Source of the DNA: a virus
Lineage: Duplodnaviria > Caudoviricetes
IMG/VR virus record: IMGVR_UViG_3300037851_000284
Location: 155,055 to 219,054 of that record
DNA: 64,000 bases
Strand: one strand, 5' to 3'
Shown here: positions 57,003 to 64,000 of the stretch, in pieces
Position numbering within the stretch: the stretch's first letter is position 1
Layout: every line of letters starts with the position of its first letter
Notes under the pieces: model-generated
The model's database searches: none
What the model saw: only the letters and a program-made list of their open reading frames with translations
What the model was told of the DNA's origin: nothing
Program-made: the position numbers and the translations under genes

Positions 57003-58355
57003 ATGTATAAGGCTAATATCGCTTTGATTAAGGCGGCCATCCTAGATTGGATGGAAAACAAGATGTTCTCAGCGGGTGTAACTCGTTGGGATACTGATGC
57101 TTTTGAGCCAATTACTTTCAGGGTCAAGAAGTATTTTGATCCTGAGTTGGGCTGCGTGGTTAGCATGGCTCGCAACGCGTGTTGTAACCGTCTTGAGGAA
57201 GCAGGATTGTACATGGATGACGATCCTGTAACCGAACACGTCAGATTTGTTTCGAATGACCCTAAAGATTATTTCGAAACAGAAGCTTATCTAGACTCTT
57301 GGCATTGGTATGTGTGTCCTAAGTGCCACGAGAAGTATTCAGAAGAGGAAGTAATGGCTGATAACAGGTATAATCACGATTATACTCATTACAACAAAAT
57401 TGAGGCAGCAACGGATTTAAACGCACCTCATGGTTGGGATGAGATGGGTGAACCTATACCTGTTGATGAAGACCACGACCCAAGAATACACGTTGGTTAT
57501 AATACATTCAAGGAGGAAATTAACAACGATGAAGGCGATATTGTTGTTAATGAAAGCAATTATATCGACGGGTATGACCGGACGCCTTGTGAAGAACACA
57601 CAAGACTTAGCAAAGGTGTGTATCGCTTATTGCATGGCTGGCTTATGTTTCATAGGCCTGATTATGCGAAGAGGGTTATTAAGAAGATGTGGGATGCCTT
57701 GGAATATAACAAAGTATCACCACAAAGGATGTTAGAGTTATGTGACATATTCAAAGACAAGGGATGGTCTAGGATACGCGGAGAGTTTGCAAGGTCCAAG
57801 GAGAAGATAAACATGAAAGAAGTAGAAAAGGAGGTATTGCGTTATATGGCATTCGGTGCTTGGAATAGGCCTAAGCCTGTTACAAAGAAGAGCATCGTTA
57901 AGAAGAGCAACATATCTAGAAGGAGGTATAACAGACGGATTATATGGAAGTGGATGAATATTACTGGTATTTATAATACTAGCAAGATTCTGAAACTGTT
58001 GAGAAAACTTGATTCTATGGGGCCTAAAAAGCCCCATTCTAAGGTTTTCTGTATCCACACGTATCCTGCTACTGCTTCTATGCGTGAGGGTATTGTAATC
58101 ATGGCATCGTGGGATGGTAAGTTCCATGACCATGGCTCTAAATACATACTCGGTAATGACCATATTGATAAGTATGTAAAAGAGATTAAAAGCAGTGCTA
58201 TTAAAGCCGGATATACCATTATTGAGAAGAATATCTCGGTAGAGGTATACCGTAAGTATGCTTCTAGACCCTTATATAAGGTTGTGCGTAACCTTATATA
58301 TGCTGGTAAATATTGGGAGTCTGTTAAGTCTTCTGAATTTGCGTGCTTGCTTTAA
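57003..58355 (+). CDS. Hypothetical early protein with a CPKC motif
   Basis: 450 aa; GGAGG RBS; acidic middle, basic C-terminal half. Confidence 0.7.
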   Translation: MYKANIALIKAAILDWMENKMFSAGVTRWDTDAFEPITFRVKKYFDPELGCVVSMARNACCNRLEEAGLYMDDDPVTEHVRFVSNDPKDYFETEAYLDSWHWYVCPKCHEKYSEEEVMADNRYNHDYTHYNKIEAATDLNAPHGWDEMGEPIPVDEDHDPRIHVGYNTFKEEINNDEGDIVVNESNYIDGYDRTPCEEHTRLSKGVYRLLHGWLMFHRPDYAKRVIKKMWDALEYNKVSPQRMLELCDIFKDKGWSRIRGEFARSKEKINMKEVEKEVLRYMAFGAWNRPKPVTKKSIVKKSNISRRRYNRRIIWKWMNITGIYNTSKILKLLRKLDSMGPKKPHSKVFCIHTYPATASMREGIVIMASWDGKFHDHGSKYILGNDHIDKYVKEIKSSAIKAGYTIIEKNISVEVYRKYASRPLYKVVRNLIYAGKYWESVKSSEFACLL

Positions 58356-58363
58356 TCTGATAT

Positions 58364-58406
58364 CGTAAGTTCGTGTAGGACTCTTACGTTAAATACAAAG
58401 TCCTAC
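58364..58406 (+). promoter_or_regulatory. H-type pseudoknot motif, copy 2 (leader of the PcfJ-like gene)
   Basis: S1 CGTAAG(58364-69)/CTTACG(58383-88); S2 GTAGGACT(58375-82)/AGTCCTAC(58399-406). Confidence 0.65.
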
Positions 58407-58439
58407 TTTTATTATTTATATTATTTATAGGAGGTTTCT

Positions 58440-59696
58440 ATGCGTACATTTGTATTTAAACTGTTTGTTAAAGGAATGTTTCCTTTTACTCTGGTGTTTG
58501 ATAAGATGGGATTATTATTAATATCCAACTCAAAGAAGTTTGTTGATAGAGTTTCACGCAGTACGGAACATAATGAATTATATTGGAGCGAGTGGAATAT
58601 AATCACGCTTCGTTACATATTCAGTAATGCCTTCACTTTTCCAAAGAAGGCAAAACTCGCAGGACTAACTGGAAAATATAGGAATCTAAAGATTCAAAAC
58701 GAGATAAAAAGGAGAATGAAACTTGTATACATTCAGTTCTTCTCAGAGCTTGATATGCTCGGAGTCCAGAAAAGATTACGTCTTAATGAAGAAAATATGT
58801 TTGATCTAATGATACATATTCTAAATGGTAGTATTCCCTACCCTAAAGACTTAATGAAATATCCGGCAGGATATGCAAAAAATCTTGTATTACATCCTAT
58901 GGACTGTTTTAGTAATAGTCTAAAGAAATGTAAATATCCAATTAAAATATATAATACAAATTCGTATTGGCACCAACTATGCCAATCAAAATGGAGTTGG
59001 TTAATGTATGTTCTATTAGAAGAACGTGTACAATATGTTGGAGAAGATTGTATTAAAAATGCATATAAAATGTTAATTAAAATGGGAAAGAACGAATTAA
59101 CTTTTCTTAAGAAGAAAGGAGTTATACAAGATATAATGGCCTGTCACCGCAATACTAAGCTTGTGTATCATTACATGATGGATTATTGGTTTAATATATC
59201 ACATGAAGAACTGATAACTTGTATATATAATAGAAGTATTATAGAAAATATCTCTCGTGCGATTAAATGGCATAAGGAATGTGAACTAATAAAAGAACGT
59301 GAGTATGATTATCCTATGCCTAGAAATGAATGTCCTGATGAATTAGAACAGTATAGAATTAAGACTAGAATTGATATGATTATGGCAGGGCGAGAGAATC
59401 ATCATTGTATTGGAGGATATGCTGATCCTCATAGTCCTTATATATTCTTAATCAAAGGCTCGGTTTGTGCCCAGTTAGTTAAGACTACATCTTCTGTGTA
59501 TGTTAACAACGAAGATATACCAGTATTAAGTATAAGACAATGTTACGATGCTTGTAACAAAGAAACACCTGAACAACAGAAGTTTGTTAAAAAGATAAAC
59601 TCTATATTAGATAAGGAGGCACAAAAAACAGCAGAAAAGTGGAATAAGGGTTGGAGACCAAATCGTATTGATGAAGGACAAACAATGAACTTTTAA
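58440..59696 (+). CDS. PcfJ-like domain protein
   Basis: C-terminal YRIKTRIDMIMAGRENHHCIGGY...IRQCYDACN matches the PcfJ pattern (L..EG..m.HCVg.Y...Q..g..N). Confidence 0.65.
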   Translation: MRTFVFKLFVKGMFPFTLVFDKMGLLLISNSKKFVDRVSRSTEHNELYWSEWNIITLRYIFSNAFTFPKKAKLAGLTGKYRNLKIQNEIKRRMKLVYIQFFSELDMLGVQKRLRLNEENMFDLMIHILNGSIPYPKDLMKYPAGYAKNLVLHPMDCFSNSLKKCKYPIKIYNTNSYWHQLCQSKWSWLMYVLLEERVQYVGEDCIKNAYKMLIKMGKNELTFLKKKGVIQDIMACHRNTKLVYHYMMDYWFNISHEELITCIYNRSIIENISRAIKWHKECELIKEREYDYPMPRNECPDELEQYRIKTRIDMIMAGRENHHCIGGYADPHSPYIFLIKGSVCAQLVKTTSSVYVNNEDIPVLSIRQCYDACNKETPEQQKFVKKINSILDKEAQKTAEKWNKGWRPNRIDEGQTMNF

Positions 59697-59981
59697 TAGG
59701 AGGTCCATTATAGCAAAATGCGAATTATGACTGTAAAAGAGTAACCTCTGATACAGGATATGATAGAAATGTATCCGTTGGCCGAATCATTGTCCAAAAT
59801 TACAGTATCAGAGAATACTTCGTGCGACTCCGAAGTTGATAGTAAAAGGAGAAAAGAAAAAGAAGAATTCTGTCCGATAACTGAATTAAACTTCCTATGG
59901 GTGGTGGCTATAGTTTCCTGACTACAACTTACCAACCCTAAGCCACCACTTAATTATATAGGAAACAACACAGGAGGAATA

Positions 59982-60272
59982 ATGAACACCATACTCACCG
60001 CAGACGGTCTGTTTAAAGCAGTAATGATAGATGAATGGCCATCATTAGCAGCAGTCGTTGATTTTGGCATTGAAAAACAGAAAGAGTACGAAGCATATTA
60101 CTATCCAATACGCAAAGGAGAGATAACACTGAAACAACTACGTGATAATGTTGGTAATGGTCCCGCACTAACAAAGCTGTTACAGGCAGCCCCATCGAAT
60201 CCTCACAAAGATATAACGATATCAACATTTTACGACGAAATGAGGATTACCAAGAATAAATGCTCTAGATAA
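59982..60272 (+). CDS. Hypothetical protein
   Basis: AGGAGG RBS; 96 aa. Confidence 0.6.
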   Translation: MNTILTADGLFKAVMIDEWPSLAAVVDFGIEKQKEYEAYYYPIRKGEITLKQLRDNVGNGPALTKLLQAAPSNPHKDITISTFYDEMRITKNKCSR

Positions 60273-60522
60273 AATCTGGTTATCCTTTCTCCCTCACATT
60301 GGTGGACAGTACGAGCATCATCGTCCTTACGTATTAAGAGAATGTTCTCAGATTATCGTTCATATTGGTAACGCCATTCGGCGGCATCCTTATAATAAAC
60401 TTACTCTCAATAGGAGGTCTATCATGCGGTTCTATGGCTGGTGGTTTTGCAAAAACATGTGCAAAGTGGTCTAAAAAGACCAGCAAAGAAATATAACACA
60501 CCCATTCCAAAGAGGTAACATT

Positions 60523-60726
60523 ATGTCTAATCCTTGTGATACTAGCATATGTACTCCCTCAAAATGCAGGGATAATGATTGTCCTAGTCTTCAAGCATAT
60601 CTAGATGAACAATCATTGATGAAGGCTGCCGAAGAAGAAGCCAGAAGAAGGGGTGCTAATCAATATGTTAATGAAGGCTGGCTATCTAGATATATTAACA
60701 CTCGTCATCAACATCAGAAGAATTAA
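60523..60726 (+). CDS. Small Cys-rich protein
   Basis: GAGG RBS; C-x4-C-x4-C-x4-C N-terminus. Confidence 0.55.
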   Translation: MSNPCDTSICTPSKCRDNDCPSLQAYLDEQSLMKAAEEEARRRGANQYVNEGWLSRYINTRHQHQKN

Positions 60727-61055
60727 TCTGATAAGTGTTATTAATATTAACATAGGAGGACTCGTGACATTCGTCATCAAGGGACACAGCGTTAAAGCAG
60801 CTCCGCTCAGCGAGTTACTGAGCAAAGTCACAGTATCAGACAAGACTCCGGATATGTTCAAAATGCTTGCTAACTACCAAACAAAATCAAAACTGGTAGT
60901 GAAAAAGAGCAAGAGGAATAAGTCCGATAAGTGATTTTAACCTCCTATAAAAAGGGTGGGATTTCTAGACGAATAGAGTCCCACCCACGAAAACAAAGGC
61001 TCTGTACATCGAATGATTACAGGGTCTAGTATATAACTCACTATCCAGAAAGGGG

Positions 61056-61490
61056 TTGTGTATGAAATCAACACAGCTCGATCTCAATGGTATCTTCGCC
61101 AGTGTCGTGGAAGCTGCTCAGCAGGACGCAGAAAACGCAGTGAAACTGGCCAAGGCAGTTGATGAGGCACGCAAGGCCCACAAAGCAGCAATTGACCACA
61201 ACGAGGAACAGTCCCGTTTGGCCAACATAGCTGTCTCCCGTATTCAGAGCGAACTCAACCGCGTCATGATCGACGCTCGCAAGGCCGAGAAAGAGCAGTA
61301 TGAGAAAACCATGAAAGACCTCGGTATGAATACCGAACTATTCCCTCTTGAGACAGTGGAAACGATTCTCGACAAGAAGCTGCTCACTCCCGCAGTCTCA
61401 AGCGTCGGCGCAGTTGCTGGCAAAATCGCCAACATCAGTAAGGGCATCAGCAGCCGGTTCATGTCCGGTTTCAAAGCATCCGTAAGCTAG
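61056..61490 (+). CDS. Coiled-coil protein with atypically high GC (start likely ATG at 61062)
   Basis: 144 aa, Ala/Glu/Lys-rich; the 60-nt line at 61081 has 32/60 G+C by hand count. Confidence 0.7.
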   Translation: MCMKSTQLDLNGIFASVVEAAQQDAENAVKLAKAVDEARKAHKAAIDHNEEQSRLANIAVSRIQSELNRVMIDARKAEKEQYEKTMKDLGMNTELFPLETVETILDKKLLTPAVSSVGAVAGKIANISKGISSRFMSGFKASVS

Positions 61491-61529
61491 GCTCCTTACC
61501 CCAATCGGGGATTCCTGCCTAGCCATCAT

Positions 61530-61578
61530 AGGCCCAAGACCCATAATCGCTGCGCGCGAAGAGGACTTGGGCCTTTTT
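61530..61578 (+). terminator. Terminator after the GC-rich gene
   Basis: AGGCCCAAG...CTTGGGCCT followed by a T run. Confidence 0.7.
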
Positions 61579-61671
61579 TACTTATAGAGGAGGCTATCAG
61601 ATGAGTACCATATTAACGCTTATCGAAGACTTGTTAAATGGCATTCTAGATATCATCAAAGGAGATCAATC

Positions 61672-62058
61672 ATGATATGGATACTGGCAATTGGTGCAAT
61701 TATAGCCATAATCAACGTTATATTAACATATAACGAGTTAATGCCCTTCTTCAAGGCATTGAAACAATTAAATTATTATTCAACAACATACCCCACCATC
61801 AGAAACCGCATGGCATATCCAATACGGTTTATAAGTATATTACCAAAAGCCTTCCCGTTAGTTCTAGATATAATAATAGCAATAATGTCAGGTAGTATCG
61901 GATTATCAGGTGGTGTATATGGAGCCCTGATTGGCCTATCAATAGGCTTTACAGCAAGCATTCTAGTTAAAATCCACCGTCGTTTTATATCCCCAAGAAT
62001 AAAAACGGAAGAAGGAAGCTGGAGACATCACACCACTAATGGTATACAGGCCAAGTAA
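61672..62058 (+). CDS. Membrane protein
   Basis: GGAG RBS; three hydrophobic segments. Confidence 0.65.
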   Translation: MIWILAIGAIIAIINVILTYNELMPFFKALKQLNYYSTTYPTIRNRMAYPIRFISILPKAFPLVLDIIIAIMSGSIGLSGGVYGALIGLSIGFTASILVKIHRRFISPRIKTEEGSWRHHTTNGIQAK

Positions 62059-62786
62059 TAAAATATCTCAATCCGGCCTATGTAATATTTTCTGTAAGTG
62101 ATTGATTTATATATAAATCTTTTTTAAGGGTTTATTATCTGTCAATCTCTTCACGTGGAAATATATACCATATATAGTATTTTCCCCCTTGAGGGGGATT
62201 AAGGGGGTGTTATATATTCACTTTCTCCCTCTTTCTTTTACCCGTCCTTTATTAAAGAAACGAGTCCCTATATGCAGGAAGACATAAACAATAAGAAAAG
62301 CTGGCTACCAGCTATAAAAAAGTATGCGAAAAAGAAAACACGAAAAAAGGTAAGTAAAGGTAAGTAATTGATTAAAAAACAAATACCCAAAGGAGGATAT
62401 ATGTATCTTATCATTGGCTGTTATATATTATATATAGTAGCAGTAATAGTAGCATTATCATTTATGATAAATGCTACTAGAAGAGAAATACCAAAGAAAG
62501 ATGATAAGTGACTGATTTTACTAGGTACATAATACAAATATAACATAAATGTATTATATATCTTCTAGATACCTAAATAATTAATATTAATGAAGCGTAC
62601 CGATGGATAGTTACTTTCTGTAGAAAGTAAGCAAAGACATATTAGAAAGGATTAATAGTGTTATAATTATAGTTTTATATGGTTACCATCCTATTAACCC
62701 CTGAAAAGGGGAGGAGAGGGAAAGAAAGAGAAAATATATCCGATTAACTGAATTATATATCATTTAATATCATCAAAGGAGTATGT

Positions 62787-63089
62787 ATGAAGTTTTCAAC
62801 TCTCGGTCTTCTCATTATTATGTTTTTCTGTCTTTGTAACCCCTTATCACAGGAATCAATGGTTGCAATCTCAATGAAAGATTCAGTCGATCATTGGGAC
62901 TATACCATGATTCTTGCAAATGACCAGGAAATTGCAAGAATTACAATTACAAACCCTGATACTGTATTATCAGTTCAACAGGGCATAAGACTCAAAGCAA
63001 TACCCATTATATATCCCAACAAAAAGGGTGTACAAGAAGATTTGGTCATTGAAAACGACACAGTATGGCAAATATTATATTTCAAGTGA
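62787..63089 (+). CDS. Signal-peptide/membrane-anchored protein
   Basis: GGAG RBS; MKFSTLGLLIIMFFCLC leader. Confidence 0.55.
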   Translation: MKFSTLGLLIIMFFCLCNPLSQESMVAISMKDSVDHWDYTMILANDQEIARITITNPDTVLSVQQGIRLKAIPIIYPNKKGVQEDLVIENDTVWQILYFK

Positions 63090-63096
63090 GTCAATT

Positions 63097-63255
63097 ATGA
63101 AAACATGGCAATGTATTAAATGCGGTACAGGAGGTCTAAAAATTCCAGATTGTCCTTATTGCAAGGACAAGAATCTAGGCTTTCAAGAAGAAGAATCAAT
63201 ACTACAAGAGCCGGATAACTTGTATTCCGGCGAAATAAACATAATGGGCTATTAA
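63097..63255 (+). CDS. Zinc-ribbon mini-protein
   Basis: MKTWQCIKCG....DCPYCK. Confidence 0.6.
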   Translation: MKTWQCIKCGTGGLKIPDCPYCKDKNLGFQEEESILQEPDNLYSGEINIMGY

Positions 63256-63275
63256 GCCCATAGATCGGATATTTT

Positions 63276-63731
63276 ATGACTCCGCGTGACCTCATTCTTG
63301 TTTTGAATGATGGATTCCTGAGAGGAACCATATCTCCGAAGGATGCAGCAAACCGTGCATTTGAGGCATTTTCAAGAGTATCCAAAGAACACATTGACCA
63401 GTCAATCAGCAATGGAGTAACATCAATAAAAGAAACAGAAAACGAGATCGAAACCCTTGTAAAAAAAGTAGCGGAAGTAAGAGGGATACTCGATGACCAA
63501 TATCGGCTATTGTTCTATAACATTCTCAAAACAGTCATGGAGGACGATTACTATCAATTGCTTCCAAGCACAGAACATGCAACTGAAATACTCAAAGAAC
63601 ACAAGAAAGTATACCAAAACCGGCTCATATATATCACCAATAACCCACAGGTTATACAACCGACGGGAGAACGATCCGAATTGGCTGAGAAGATAGCCGC
63701 TCTAGATGTTGCAATATCACGATTGGAATAA
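63276..63731 (+). CDS. Hypothetical helical protein
   Basis: 151-aa ORF. Confidence 0.6.
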   Translation: MTPRDLILVLNDGFLRGTISPKDAANRAFEAFSRVSKEHIDQSISNGVTSIKETENEIETLVKKVAEVRGILDDQYRLLFYNILKTVMEDDYYQLLPSTEHATEILKEHKKVYQNRLIYITNNPQVIQPTGERSELAEKIAALDVAISRLE

Positions 63732-64000
63732 CTCCTTTCTTTATTCAATTTAATGCTGTTTTATAATTTATAAGGAGTTTAATGAAAATAAGCCTGAATG
63801 AGATAATCGATGCTGTGTATAAAAGTGACCTATCAGTAGATAGAGAACTGTTTACCGAAGCACTAAGACACGGCTATACTCATAAAGATGTTCTAGACGT
63901 ACTCAGTCAAAAGGACAGCAAAAAAGAGAATTCATCTGATCAATGAATGTGAGGGTTTAATCAAATATTGTTTCCCTCACACAAACCTAATCAAAAAAAT

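Noticed and set aside
56933-58406. preQ1 or SAM-II riboswitch identity for the pseudoknots
   Set aside because: The topology is similar, but I could not find the conserved ligand-binding nucleotides, and the downstream genes are unrelated to those pathways.
56696-63748. Minus-strand ORFs in the right-hand region (e.g. 56696-56932, 59708-59935, 61244-61474, 63116-63412)
   Set aside because: Antisense to RBS-bearing plus-strand genes, with no supporting motifs.
1-64000. Stop-codon reassignment, tRNA genes, integrase
   Set aside because: Standard-code ORFs tile the window densely once the off-edge ORF and introns are accounted for. No T-loop/cloverleaf or recombinase motif was noticed by eye; tRNAscan would be needed to exclude tRNAs firmly.

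Overview
A 64 kb segment of a large, AT-rich tailed dsDNA phage with a contractile tail; no host chromosomal genes are evident. Positions 1-55.9 kb are read on the minus strand. In genome order from ~56 kb downward they carry nucleotide-metabolism genes (intein-containing class II RNR, dUTPase), small unknowns, terminase, portal, protease/scaffold, a capsid accessory protein and major capsid. These are followed by Ig-like and beta-helix decoration proteins, neck, sheath, tail tube, two tube paralogues, chaperones and two giant genes. From ~56.3 kb transcription switches to the plus strand, an early/host-takeover-like region of small genes with structured leaders. Main results: (1) The ORF track misses a >2,240-codon ORF (6745 to off-window) whose manual translation shows beta- and beta'-like RNA polymerase motifs in one chain (GGDVDGDQM), preceded by a DEDDh exonuclease domain. 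(2) Its neighbour is a 2,819-aa tape-measure-position protein with two inteins and a PD-(D/E)xK nuclease domain. (3) The tail tube gene is split into three exons by two LAGLIDADG-carrying group I introns and rebuilds to a 246-aa frame. (4) A covarying H-type pseudoknot motif is repeated in two early leaders, and a promoter/terminator-bounded ~150-nt structured RNA candidate sits near 49.6 kb. All family assignments come from motif recognition by eye; no searches were run.
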